From: Dictyostelium discoideum
Lineage: Eukaryota
Assembly: GCA_000004695.1 (NCBI GenBank)
Contig: CM000153.2
Coordinates: 4,384,001-4,448,000 of the forward strand
Length of the DNA: 64,000 nt
Direction of reading: 5' to 3'
Numbering within the stretch: position 1 is the first letter of the stretch; each line of letters opens with the position of its first letter. The position numbers and the translations under genes are program-made. Shown one piece after another: positions 27,045 through 40,112 of the stretch. The notes beneath the pieces were generated by a model, which did no database searches, was not told the origin of the DNA, and saw only the letters and a program-made list of their open reading frames with translations.

Positions 27045-27692
27045 TTATTATTATATATTATTATTAAATATTTTTTAATAATAAAATAAAATAATTACAT
27101 GTAAGATAAATCAGCAAAAGTTGAAGCTAAATATGTACATGGTGGAGACCAAGTTGTAAAGAATTCAACTAATAAATATTTATCTTTTAATTCTTTTGAT
27201 TGTGCTGAAAATGCCAAAGAATTTTTAAAAGTGATTTGATTGAAAAAGTGAACGAAATTTGATTGTTTTGGCTCAGGTTGTGATTTGTATAAATATACCA
27301 ACATGCAAACAAATAAATAAACCAATACATAATAAAGTCCATAATGTAAAAAGTTGCCAAAAAATCCTAATTCTTTAGTTGAACTTAAAGTTTGTTTACT
27401 ATTTTCATTTTCATTATCAAATTTAAATGGTTCTTGTGTTTCTTCTGATGATGATGATGATGACCCATCTATATTATTGGATTTCATTTTATTTGTATAT
27501 TCTAATTTAAATTGAGTTTCACCAGAATAATATAGTAATATAATTGTTGACATTTTTAATGTGAATATAATACCTGTTAAAATTTGATCAATATTTTTAT
27601 TCTTTAATATTTTTAATACAACCATAAATCCTGATACATATAAAATCATTAATTCATTCTATTTATTTTAAATTAGTTATTATTTATTTAAA

Positions 27693-27731
<39 letters not shown>

Positions 27732-28008
27732 AATTGTGGTGTTTGGAGAAAAAAAAAAAAAAAAAATAATAATAATATTAATTAACAATTACCTTTGGTT
27801 TTAAAATTAGACCTGATAACCTTAAAATTGGATATGCAAGTAAAAATATAAAATTTAATAAATAATATGTTTGTAATATGTGTTGAATTAATCTTGCTTT
27901 CATAATTGTTGATGTCTCTTGATGAATTTCAACTTTTCCGGCAGTGTGAATTGGAGGTTTTGTTGAAATTCCATCCTTTGTTGTTGATGATGATGAAGTG
28001 TTGTTCAT
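26583..28008 (-). CDS. TMX2-like thioredoxin-related transmembrane protein. Three exons: complement(join(26583..26955,27099..27658,27793..28008)).
   Basis: Exon 1 encodes MNNTSSSS...LRLSGLILKPK, ending at the donor GTAATTG. Acceptor AAATAAATAG ends at 27659. Exon 2 encodes NELMILYVSGFMVV...(TM helices)...YLLVEFFTTWSPPCTYLASTFADLSY, with donor GTAATT at 27098 and acceptor ...CTTATTAAATTTAG ending at 26956. Exon 3 encodes (I)YQGINFGKIDIGRWKSIAYEYDIADSVSSKQIPSIILFKNGVEVSRMPYRKNEFKMPYDKK.... The gene is collinear with human TMX2 ([68 protein letters not shown]...). Confidence 0.7.
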
Positions 28009-28388
28009 TTTTGCGCTAAAATGATCATTTACCTAAATTGGGATTGGTATTTTTTTTTTTTTCAAAAAAATAAAAATAAAAAAAAGTAAAAATATTTTTT
28101 TTTTTTATTTTTTTTTAATTTATTTTTAAAAATAAAAAAATAAAAAAATAATAATTTTATTTTTTTTATTTTTTATTTTTTTTTTCTCCTTAACTTCAAT
28201 AAAAAAAAAAAAAAATTTAATTTAAAAAAAAAAAAGAAAAAAAAAAAATTTTAAAAATTTCATTTTTTATTTTTAATTCTCAACCCAAATAACCATCTTG
28301 TTTATATATATAAAAAAATAAAAATAATCACACAATCACACACACACACCTTTAAAACACAAATAAACATATAAATAATACCAATAAA

Positions 28389-30128
28389 ATGAAAGTCACA
28401 ATCAAAAACATTAATAAAGAAATTTATGTTTTTGAAGTAAATGGAGATTTAACTGTAAGTTTTTTTTTGATTTCATTTCCTATTCTTTATTTTTTCTCTT
28501 TTTTTTTTTTTTTTTTATTATTTTTTTTTTTTTTTCAAGTCATATACAACAAATAAAAAAAATATAATTATTGAAAAAGATTTAACAATTTTTTTTTTTT
28601 TTTTTTTTTTCTTCCTCATCTCCAAAAAATAATAATTTATAAAAAACAATATAATTTAAATAAAAAAAATGATTATTAAAATCAGGTAGCAGAATTAAAA
28701 AATTTAATTAGTGAAAAACATAATCAAACTCCATCATGGCAAACATTAATTTATAGTGGAAAGATTTTAGAAGATAAACGTACACTCGAATCATATAATA
28801 TTACTGATTCAGGATTTATTGTTATGATGATTAAAAAACCAAGAGAAGCACCAGCAACCACACCAGCACCATCAACTACACCAGCACCATCAACTACATC
28901 AGCACCAACCACCACCACTACTGCAGAACCAACCCCAACCACTTCCTCAACTAATAATACATCAACTACAACTCCAACTTCAGTCCCAACACCAACCAAC
29001 AATACACCAGCCACACCAAATCCAACCCCAACCACTTCCTCAACACCAGGTTCAACCTCTACAACTTCACCACAACAATCCTCTGATTTCGCCACCGGCA
29101 CTGAATTAGAAGCCACAATTAAAAATATTACAGATATGGGTTTTGCAAGAGATCAAGTTTTAAGAGCACTCAGACTTACCTTTAACAATGCTGAACGTGC
29201 TATTGAATATTTAGTTAGTGGAAATATTCCAGCTGCAAATGATCCAGAAGATGAAGAAGAAATGGAAGGTAATTATTTTTAATCTCTTTATTTTTATTAT
29301 TATTATTTTTTTTTTTTTATTTTTTTTTTTTTTTTCGTAATTATTTTTTTTTTTTATTTTTTTTTATTTTTATTTGGTACCTTTTTTTCTTTTATATAAT
29401 TTTATTCTATATTATATAAGGATTAATCTTAACCAATTTAAACATTTATTATTTTTATTATTTTTTTTTTTTTATATTTTTTTTTCTCTCTCTCTCTCTC
29501 TATCTTTTATTGTGCCTCTCTGTTATTTATTTCTTATATTATTAATCTCCTTTTAATGGATTGGATACTACCATTTTAATTTTTTTTACCAAATACGGAT
29601 TCCGAATATGATCACGAACATGAACATGACCATGGATTTGATGATTCATTAGGTGGTGGTGGTAGTGGTGATAATCCATTCGAAGCTTTAAGAAATCATC
29701 CACACTTCAACTTACTTCGTGAAGCCATCTCCAAAAATCCAAGCATTATCCCAGGAATCTTACAACAATTAGCTCAAACCAATCCAGCCCTCGTTAGACA
29801 AATCCAAGAAAATCCAAATGAATTTATTCGTCTCTTCCAAGGTGATGGTAACCCAGGTGGCAATCCAGGTCAATTTACTCTTCAAGTCACTCAAGAAGAA
29901 TCTGAAGCAATTCAAAGAGTGAGTATTTTTTTATTTTTTTTTATTTTTAAATTTTTCTTTTTTCCCATTAATTTACTAATATCCATCATCAAAATTTTTA
30001 ATAACCAAAAACAGTTACAAGCCTTAACAGGTATGGATAAATCAACAGTTATTGAAGCTTATTTTGCATGTGACAAGAATGAAGAACTCACAGCTTCTTA
30101 TCTTTTTGAAACTGCTGACGATGAATAA
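28389..30128 (+). CDS. UV excision repair protein RAD23 homolog (UBL-UBA1-XPC-binding-UBA2). Four exons: join(28389..28454,28686..29268,29653..29918,30015..30128).
   Basis: Exon 1 encodes MKVTIKNINKEIYVFEVNGDLT, with donor GTAAGT at 28455 and acceptor AATCAG ending at 28685. Exon 2 encodes the remainder of the UBL (VAELKNLISEKHNQTPSWQTLIYSGKILEDKRTLESYNITDSGFIVMMIKKP), a T/P-rich linker, and UBA1 (ATIKNITDMGFARDQVLRALRLTFNNAERAIEYLVSGNIP). Donor G|GTAATT lies at 29269. Exon 3 is called at the only AG, which is at 29651-52. It encodes GGGGSGDNPFEALRNHPHFNLLREAISKNPSIIPGILQQLAQTNPALVRQIQENPNEFIRLFQ (the XPC-binding/STI1 box), with donor GTGAGT at 29919 and acceptor AAAACAG ending at 30014. Exon 4 encodes UBA2 (LQALTGMDKSTVIEAYFACDKNEELTASYLFETADDE*). 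In Dictyostelium this gene may be the one called rcbA, but I am not certain. Confidence 0.85.
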
Positions 30129-30330
30129 ACAAAACTAAACTTTTTAAAATAAAAAATTAATAAAGAAAAAAAAAAAAAAGAAAAAAAAAAAAAAACTTGT
30201 TTTATATATAAATTAAAGAATTATTTAATTAATTATTTAGTAGTGTAATAGAATTGGAAAAAGAAATAAAATAATATAAAATAAATTAAATATAAAAAAA
30301 AAAAAAAAAGATAATTTATTATATACATAT

Positions 30331-33300
30331 TTATTTTTGAGATGTTGAATTTTGTTGTTGTTGTTTTTGTTGTTGTTTTTGTTGTTGTTGTTGTTGTGAA
30401 TTATTTGTTGTTGTTGTTGTTGTTGAAAGTGAAGTAAAACTATTTGGATTAATTGTAACACTTTTGGTACAATTATCAGTTTTATAAATACCAACTAAAC
30501 GATCAGCTAATTCAAACATATAATTTCTTAAAGAGATAATAATGAATTGAGCATTTTTAGTTCTTTCTTTAATATAATTAGCAATGATTGAAACATTTTT
30601 AAAATCTAAAGCTGCATCAATTTCATCCATTACATAGAGAGCATTTGGTTTATAATGATGAAGTGCAAATACTAAAGCTAAAGAAGATAAAGTTTTCTCA
30701 CCACCAGAAAGATTTGAAATATTTTTCCAACTCTTTTTTGGAGGTCTAACACTGAAAGAGATACCTTCTTGGAATGGATCTTCACGATCGATGATTTCCA
30801 ATTCAGCATCACCACCCAATGTAATCATTTGATAAATTTCTTTTAGTTTCATTGTGATAATTGTAAAGCCAGCCATGAATTCATCCAAACGATTCTTTCT
30901 AAGACTTTCATATCTTTTGGATAGATTGTCACGTTCTTTTTCAATTTCATCAAATTCCGCCTTTCTACTATGATATTCTTGTTCCTTCTTTTGGAAATCT
31001 TTAACCACTTCAATGTTTACATTGTTTTCTTTTGAAATTTTTTGAATTTGAGTGGTGAGTTCATGAATTTTGGCAATTAGATTTTGTTGTTCAGTGGCCT
31101 CCATATATTGTTCAATCTCCTCGGGTGTTAAGATTGCAGAGACTTGATTGATGAGTGATTCATCGACATAGTCTTTATAGATTTTTGCTTTCTTTGCTTG
31201 GTTTGCAAATTTACTTAAACAATCGGCGATCTCTGCTTGTTTCTCATTGATAAGGGTTTTAAATTCTTCGATTTGAGTCTCCAATTTACTATTGCTAACT
31301 TTAATCTTTTCAATTACTTTTTTGGCTTTTTCATGTTCTTTTCTAATTTCTTTGGTTTCTTCTTCCTTTTCACGAAGTTGTTCAGAGACAGCTTCCATTG
31401 CTTCAGTGGCTTTAAGATTCTCTTTCTCCAATGATTTATATTTCTCTAGAATCTCTGCTAATGCTGCTTCATTCTCATCCTTTTCTTTGGTATTTTCATT
31501 CAATATTTTAATTGATTTTTCCATTGATTTTGCTAATGATTTGATTTGAACATTTGCTTTGGTAGTGTTGGTTTGGTTTGAATCAATTCTAGATTGAAGT
31601 GATTCAACTTTATTCTTTTGCATTTTCAATTGTGGACCACCAACATTTAAGATACTGTTTTGAATTTCTTGAACTTCAGATTCTAATTTATTAACTTTCT
31701 CTTGAACCTTATCTAAAGATTTTTGATCAACAATCAATGATTCTTTGATGGAATCGATTTGTTCCTTCTTTTCAGTGGATAACTTTGCTTTATTCTTTAG
31801 TTGAGGAATAACTTTGGTTAACTCTTCACATTTTGTAATGGCTGCTTTAATATCCATATCCATCTTTGGCAATTCTAATTCTAATTCAGAACGACGATTT
31901 TGTGCTTGTTGAATTTGGTTTTCAATCTCTACCAACTCATCCCTACATTGACGAAGATCACTATCCAATTGAGAAAGATTGTCTTGTAACTCTATCAATT
32001 TCTTTTTATCTTCTTTTGGATCACCCTTTAATTTGGAGTTCATTGCACCAACTCTTGGTTTGAGACCACCACCACTCATTGCACCACTAGTGTCAATGAG
32101 TGAACCATCCAAAGTTACAACACGATGTCTTTTTGCTCCATAGGCTATTTTGGTTGCTTCATCCAAAGTATCAGCAACCAAAGTATGACCAACTGCAGTG
32201 AAAAAGGCGGTTGCATACTTTTTTTCATCTTTCATCTTTATTAAATCAAATAGACGTGGTGTATTATTTGGTGTTTGAACTGGACCAAGATTTTGACGTT
32301 GATATTCTAAATTCTCCAAGATCATAAATGTAGCTCTACCTAAATTCTCCTTACGTAATAGTTCAACACATGCTTCGGCGGCTGCTGTTGTCTCTACAAT
32401 GATATTATCCATTTGTGAGAAGGCAGCAGTAGAGATGGCAACATCATACTTTTGATCGATTGCACCCAAATCACCCAATCTACCATGAATACCACTAATT
32501 TGACCACTTTCTTTAATCTTTAATAAACGATCCAATATAGTGTTTCTTGAACTATTTTCAGAGAGATTGGTCTTAATTTGTTCCAATTGTCTCTTGGCAT
32601 CCATTGTATTTCTATAGAGATTCTCTTCGGTGACTTTACCACTTGCAAGTCTTTTCTCAAGATCCACTATAATTGCTTTAACCGATTCCAACTCCTTCTT
32701 TGATTTGGTGATATTATTCTTACGAGTGGATGAAATGGTTTTGGCATCCTCTAGTGCTTTGATTGCATCATCTAAATTTTGAGTTGCACCATTGAAATCT
32801 TTAGAGAGTACAGCCAATTCAGAGGTTTTCAAATCAACTACTGCCTTTGCTTCACTATGCTTTTTACTCCATGGAAGTAATTGTTTTTGTTTTTCCTCCA
32901 TTTCACGTTGTAATTCTGTAACTTCACCCTTGAGTGAATTTAACATTGATTCTAATTTCTTCTCTTCAACAATCAATTCCTTTGGTAGTTCGACATACTC
33001 TTTCTCGAATCTAACTATATCTTGTTTATGAATGATAGTTGATCTTTCAAATTCCGCTTGTTTCTTTGTTTCCTCTTCGATGACACTATTGTTTTTTTTG
33101 ACTTTAGTTTTCAAATGTTTAGTTTCTTCCTTATATTTAACACCTTTCTTTTCAGTGGTTAAGAGTTCATTCTTACATTTTGCCATTTGTTTATTCAATT
33201 CATCCAATTGTTTATTCTGTTGTTTAAGATTCTTTTCAAATTCCAATAGTTTATCATTCGATGCTTTTTGAGTGACCAACTCTTGTTCCAATTGTTTCTC

Positions 33301-33683
33301 AACCATCTCTTGTTTGGCTGCAATTTCATTCTTTTCACGCTCTGGTTTGCTTCTACCAATTTGATAGTGTATCGATTTACAATGAATTAACTTTAACTCT
33401 TTATCAATGTACTCCAATGCATTATCACGTTCTTGTTGAAGCGCATCTTTTTCTTTTTCAACCACTTTCATACGATTATTTGATGAAGTTCTTTTATCAC
33501 CAATATCTTCTATCAATTTACTAGTTGCTTCAATATCTGGTAAATACTTTTTACTACCAATAATATCTTCTAAATATTCTAATAAACCTTCTTCACCTGG
33601 ATGTACACCTTTTGGTTTCATCATTGCAATTTGTTCAACTTCACCCTATTTTTTAAAAAATTAATAATTATTAATTATTATTA

Positions 33684-33746
<63 letters not shown>

Positions 33747-34910
33747 TAATATTTATTGATTTGAGGGGAACTAAAACTTACTTGTAAAATTAAAAATCTA
33801 TTATTATCTAAATCAATACCTTTATCTTTTAAAATTGTTTTTAAATCATCTAATTTTACAACTTTATCATTTAAATAATATTTTGAAACACCATCTTTAT
33901 TATTACCTGTTTTTTGTGCTGTACGTGTTACCACAAACTCTGAACCTTTAACAACTTCATAATTATCTTCTCCTGGCTAAATAAATAAATTAATTAATTA
34001 ATTAATTAATTAGTTTTTATTTATTTATTTATTTTTATTTATTTTTATACATACTAAATCTATAATCTCTTGAAAATGAACAGAAACTCTACCATTTGTT
34101 AAGTTTTTATGATTTTCAGAATTATGAATTAATTCTGATATTTTATTTAATCTAATTTGTTTTGCTCTATAACCAAATACAAATAACATTGCATCGATAA
34201 CATTTGATTTACCACTACCATTAGGACCAACTACTGAACTAAAACACTGTGTATTATTTGAAAAAAATAAAATTAAAAATAAAGTAAATATATATGTATA
34301 TATAAAATACATAAATAGAATATATATATTTAAATGCGAGAAATGATTATTTGAATTATATTACCTTATGAAATGGTCCAACCTCTTGGGCACCTGCATA
34401 TGATTTAAAATTCTCCATAACCATTTTAGTAATCATTAATCTTTTCTCAATTCCATTATTACTAGATACTGGTGTCTTTTGTGATGTTTGTGATGTTTGT
34501 GATGATTGTAATGGGGGTGTATTCTTTGGTTGTTGTGTTTGTGATATATTCTTTGGTTGTTGTTGTTGAGATGATTGTGATGATTGTGATGATTGAGATG
34601 ATTGTGATGTTTGTATTGGTGGGGGCGTATTCTTTTGTGTTTGTGATTGTTGTGATGCTTTTTTTATATCTGGTGGTTGTGAGGAAGGTTTTGCTTTAGA
34701 TTGAGGTGGAGGCATTGGCTTTTTTGGTGTTTCTTCCTCTTCCTCTTCCTCTTCTTCCTCCTTTTCTTCCTCCTCTTCCTCCTCCTCTTCCTCTTCCTCT
34801 TCCTCTTCCTCTTCATCTATATCCTTCATTTCTTCATCTGAATCATTGTTTTTCTTTTTTTCTTCTTCTTCTTCAGATATTTGATCATTTATTTCTTCAT
34901 CTTCTACCAT
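30331..34910 (-). CDS. smc4: Structural maintenance of chromosomes protein 4 (SMC4, condensin ATPase). Four exons: complement(join(30331..33645,33782..33976,34055..34246,34365..34910)), ~1415 aa.
   Basis: Exon 1 encodes MVEDEEINDQISEEEEEKKK...(acidic E-rich N-extension, S/Q-rich)...ITKMVMENFKSYAGAQEVGPFHK, with donor GTAATA. Exon 2 encodes CFSSVVGPNGSGKSNVIDAMLFVFGYRAKQIRLNKISELIHNSENHKNLTNGRVSVHFQEIIDL (Walker A), with donor GTATGT. Exon 3 encodes PGEDNYEVVKGSEFVVTRTAQKTGNNKDGVSKYYLNDKVVKLDDLKTILKDKGIDLDNNRFLILQ, with donor GTAAGT. Exon 4 encodes GEVEQIAMMKPKGVHPGEEGLLEYLEDIIGS..., long coiled coils, the hinge (IHGRLGDLGAIDQKYDVAISTA), the signature motif LSGGEKTLSSLALVFALHHYKPNALYVMDEIDAALD, and the D-loop/Walker B. 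The SMC4-specific MMKPKG...LEYLEDIIGS box and all splice phases were checked by hand. Confidence 0.85.
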
Positions 34911-35065
34911 TTTATATTTGTTTTCGAAAAGTGAAATGAAAAAAAAATAAAAAAAATAATAAAAAAAAATAAAATAATATTTTAAAAATATCAAAAAAAA
35001 AAAAAAAAAAAAGGCGCGAAGTTTTTTATATGAATAAAAAAAAAAAATTTATTGAAAATTTGGAT

Positions 35066-35345
35066 TTAATTAACTCCATTAATTGAAGTATGAAATTGAT
35101 ACCACATATAGTTTTCATTATTATTATTACTATTATTACTATTATCATCATTATTACTATTAGTATTATTTTCATTGTTAATATGATCACTATTTTTGGA
35201 AATTGATTTTAATGAAATTTCAGTTATTTTAAAATCAAATTTATCATTTATATTTGAATTTGTAAAGTTGAAAACGGTTATTTTTGTAGATTTTTTTATT
35301 TTTAATTGGAAATCTTGTTGTGGAATAAAAAGTTGATCTCTACTA

Positions 35346-35404
<59 letters not shown>

Positions 35405-35571
35405 AATATTATTTAAACAATCAGTAATGTTATTTATTTTTTTATATATACAAATATTAGTTTTTAAAGGTCTTTGTAAAACTGAAAATGAATCTGGACT
35501 TTCAATAACTAATTTCATCATTATTTCTCTTAGTTTATTTCTATTTTCATCATGTTGAAAACCATTATTAC

Positions 35572-35613
<42 letters not shown>

Positions 35614-36031
35614 TTTTATAATCATTATATGAACCAAAATAAAATATATAAACTTCTTTTAAATTAAAAATTGAGGAACCTAATAAAACTGATACTACAA
35701 TTGGTAATTCTTCATCTTGATCTAGACAATTGAAATAAATTTCATCGATTTCTAAAAACAGTGATATTAAACTTTCTATAAATTTTTTTTTTTTAAAAGG
35801 AATTTTAATTTTATTATTATTATTATAATTATTATTATTATAATTATTATTATTATTATTTATATTTTTAAATTCTGATAATAATTGGTTGACTGGTATT
35901 GAACATTGATTCCTTGAATATAAAATATATTTTATTAATTCAATATTTAAATTTTTTATTAACTCAATATATTCCAAATTTAGTATATCACCAAATTCAA
36001 TGATTATCGGCTCATTGACTTTTTTATTCAT
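35066..36031 (-). CDS. N-rich low-complexity protein of unknown function, immediately upstream of SMC4 on the same strand
   Basis: 321-aa ORF starting MNKKVNEPIIIEFGDILNLEYIELIKNL.... It contains several polyN tracts of 15-25 residues. There are non-repetitive islands (KLREIMMKLVIESPDSFSVLQRPLKTNICIYKK). AT-rich non-coding DNA lies upstream. Confidence 0.5.
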
Positions 36032-36446
36032 TTTTTCAATAATTGAAATTAAAAAAAAAATAAATCAAATTAAATTTTACTTTCAAAATTTGGCGCTTTT
36101 TTTTTTTTTTTTCATAAAAAAATTAAAAATTAAAAAAAAAAATTAAAAAAAAATCCCTCCAAAAAATTCACGTAAAAATTTGGTTGAAAAATTCATGTGG
36201 AAATTTGGTTGAACCAAAGCTAACAACCAACCAAAACAAAATTTAATTTTAATTTTAATTTTAATTTTATTTTTAATATTAAAAAGGTAGTAATAATATT
36301 TTTAAATAATAAACAAATAAACAAATAAACAAATAAACAAATAAACAAACAAATAAATAAATAAATTAATAAATAAATTAATAAATAAATAAATTAATAA
36401 ATAAATAAATAAATAATATTTGTAAATAAATAAATAAAACAAAAAC

Positions 36447-37068
36447 ATGACGCTAAGGCTAGATACATCGCTAAAAAGGGGAGCTAGTAGGAATATACCA
36501 CCAATACCTACATTTAGTTCAGTATCGAATGAAAATTTATCCTCATCACCATATACTAGTAGTTCATACTACTCCTCAAATTGTGAAAGTTTAGATAGTA
36601 TTGGTGATATATCAATAGATTCTTCAGTTTATAGTTCTAGTGAAATTGAATTTGTTGGAAATGGTGATAAAAAAAAAAACTTTATTAATAACAATAATAA
36701 TAATAATGGTAATAAATATGATTTTTCCAATTTATTAGAAACTCCAAAATTAAAATTTTCACCATCAACTGGAAGAACCAAAAATAATAATAATAATAAT
36801 AATAATAATATTAATAATAATAATTATAAAAAGAATGATAACCAAAAGAAAAATTTTAAATATATAGAAGATAATGAAAGTGATTACCTTGATGATGAAA
36901 ATGATGAGGAAAATGTTGATATTGATCTATCGATTTTAAATGTAAATTTTAAAATTATAAATGAAAACAATAGCCAAAATAATAATAATAATAAATATCA
37001 AATTAATAATAATATGCAAAAAACGGGTGGTAGGAATGGTAGTGTTTTCTTTGTCAATAATAACAACA

Positions 37069-37159
<91 letters not shown>

Positions 37160-38136
37160 CAATAGTAATAATAAAAATAATTTTAAAAATAACAATACTA
37201 GTTACACTCACAATAGTAATAAAAATAATAATGAAAATAAGAATACATTCGCAATTAAACAACAACTTGTATCAACACCTAAAAATAAATTAAGTCAAAC
37301 CTATAGAGAAAAAGTAATATTAGAACATTTAAATATTTTAATTGAATCCAATAAAGCATGTAATTTTCCGAAATTAATTAATTGGTATAAAGCAGCACCT
37401 ACTTCAAATCTTAGTAATGTAAATAATAATAATAGTAATAATAATAATAATAATAGTAATAATAATATCACCAATTCTAGATATGGTAGTAATTATGAAG
37501 ATATTTATGATGATAATTATTATGATGAAGTTGATGATTATGATAGTGGTAAAGAAGAGGAAGAATCAACAAAAACAATTACAAAAACAATTACAACGAC
37601 AACAGCATCAATAAAACCAAATATTCAATATATGCATTTAATATTAGAGTATGCAAATATGGGTACTCTTAAAGAGTATGGAAAAGATAATAATTTTGAA
37701 TTCACAATTTCACAAATGAAATCATTACTATTTCAAGTTATTTATTCTTTAGCAATCTCTCAAAAAGAGTTTGAATTTGTTCATAATGATTTACATTTTG
37801 GTAATGTCCTATTAACCTCATTCCCCGTCGATAAGAAATATATAGTTTATCAAGATAAATTGGATAATGGTGAATTTAACAATTGGATAGTTGGTGGTGA
37901 TTTCATTGTGAAAATATCGGATTTTGGTCTAAGTAGAATAAAACTTCCTTCAAATGAAATCATTTACAATCAAAGGAATGATAGATCTAAAGAGTTTTGT
38001 TTCTATTCTGATTTATACAGTTTCAGTAGTCTATTAAATAAAATTAAAATTAAAGAATCACCATCATCATCATCAACTACTTCTACATCCACTTCTCAAG
38101 TTCTAATCAAATCTGATAGTGATTCATCATCATCAG

Positions 38137-38190
<54 letters not shown>

Positions 38191-39342
38191 TGCCAAAATC
38201 TAAAAATAAATCAAATAGGTCTAAAGACAATCAATCAAAATTAGATCCTGAAAAAAGGTTACTCACAAAGTTAAAGAAATCAATGAAAGATTTACCACCC
38301 TATAAATTATTGGATCATCCTTTCTTTGATTCATTAAAAGTTTGTCCAAATGATTGTTTACCTTTAAATTCAATTAGAATTTCAACCAATGGTATAGTTC
38401 CTAAAGAATTCCCAAAACCTCTATCACCTATTTTTGAAAAGAATAATATAATAAGTATACCATCATCACCAATATCAACTACCACTACTACTTTCCCCAC
38501 CACACCCACAATAAAGTCAACAACGAAAAAAATATCGAAAACAATAGTGATACCATCTTCACCAAGTTTAGCTTTACCACCAAATTTAAGTGTTAAATCT
38601 CCATTTGCACCACCAAGTAAAAAACAATTACAACAATATCAGCAACAACAAAAACAACAAACAATATCAATGTTTAAATATGATGATGAAGAAGAAAAGG
38701 AAGAAGAGGAAAAAGAAAAAGAAAAAGAAAAAGAAAAAGAAAAAGAAAAAGAAGAAGAAGGAGAAGAAGGAAATATACCAAAAGAAAAATTAATATTAAA
38801 AATGACACCAAAGCCATATATATTTATTCATCATTTCTCACCAAATTCACTTGGGCCTCTATCGCCACCTTCATCAACATCTTCCACACTGCTTGGAGCA
38901 TTATCACAAGAAAAGTTTGAAAAAAAACAAAGACAAATCCAAGATTCTGAAAAGGTCAACAAAAATGAGGAAGAAAATCAAACAAAAGATGATGCTGATA
39001 ACATTTCACCTCCTTTGCCTCATGCAATAAAGAAAAGTATTTACAATAATAAAAACAATCACCAAAAAATTTCAACTAATACAATCATTAAAACTCCAAT
39101 TAAAGCTCCAATTAAAACAATAACTCAAATACCAACCGAGACACCAAATAAAATACCAAATAAAACAATCTCTCAATCAAATCCGGTGATCATAAGAGAT
39201 GAAACACCTCAAAAAGGTATTCCTTTTGAAAAAAAGGTAGTTTCAACTCCATTGATATACAAAGAACGACCACATTTCGTATTTTTAAAAAAAGCAAAAC
39301 TTTCATCAAATAGCAACAACAAAGAAAATATAATCAACTTTC

Positions 39343-39427
<85 letters not shown>

Positions 39428-40112
39428 AGATTCATACAATGAAAAAGGAAATGCAACTTCTTATTGCAATGGCGATGATGATGACGATGACTTTAAAATT
39501 GATCACAAAGAGAACGTAGTTAGTGGTTTTTTAATAGAAAAAGATCATGAGTTTATTGGTGATAAAGAAAATAGTAAAGAGAAGCAAAAGGTCTCTAAAC
39601 GAGTTCAAGATAAAGCCTGGCAAGAACTCAATGCATTTCTTCGTAAAAATCCAACTCAAGGTGTTAGTAGAATAAAATCAACCGATTATCCAGCTTTAAG
39701 CGACCTTTTTCCCAAAAAAAAAAGATGTTCAGAAAATAATTTTGTATTTGAAAAAGAAAAAAAACAAGAAAAAGAAAACAAAGAAAAAGAAAACAAAGAA
39801 AAAGAAAAGAAACAATTAGAAAAACAAAAACAGTTGGAAAGAGAAAAATTGGAAAAAGATAGATTAGAAAAAGATAGATTAGAAAAAGAACAACAAGAAA
39901 AAGATTGTTTGGAAAGAGAGAAATTTTTGGAAAATGAGAGATTAGAAAAAGAACAAGAAAGAGAGAAATTGGAAAAAGAAATTAAAATACTCGTTGTTTC
40001 AAAAAAAAATCGTACAAACCCTTTACAAAAAGATTATGATCGCTATATAAAAAAAGTTGGTTCGTCTCTCACTGAAAAAAGAGCATCAAAACCTATGAAC
40101 GACAACATTTAA
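36447..40112 (+). CDS. Haspin-like atypical Ser/Thr protein kinase embedded in a 1221-aa low-complexity (N/S/K/E-rich) protein
   Basis: Single long ORF. The kinase core is GGRNGSVFFV (Gly loop), then polyN, then NTFAIKQQL (the VAIK Lys), then ...IQYMHLILEYANMGTLKEY, then ISQMKSLLFQVIYSLAISQKEFEFVHNDLHFGNVLL, then KYIVYQDKLDNGEFNNWIVGGDFIVKISDFGLSRIK. The HxDLHxGNVLL catalytic loop and the D(F/Y)(G/T)LSR segment with an inserted beta-hairpin before it are diagnostic for haspin (human: HRDLHWGNVLL ... SIIDYTLSRLE). C-terminal features are an S26 tract, a (KE)n stretch and an ELEKD coiled coil. Confidence 0.7.

Noticed and set aside
29374-29556. ORF 29374..29556 inside RAD23 intron 2 as an independent gene
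   Set aside because: Its product is a pure F/L/I-rich translation of T-runs and (CT)n. It is not coding.
34356-34994. ORF-track entry 34356..34994 beginning MIFLKYYFIFF as the SMC4 start
   Set aside because: The first 27 residues are a translation of the AT-rich upstream spacer. The real initiator is the ATG at 34910 (MVEDEE...). The C-terminal KVI* is intron read-through past the GTAATA donor at 34364.
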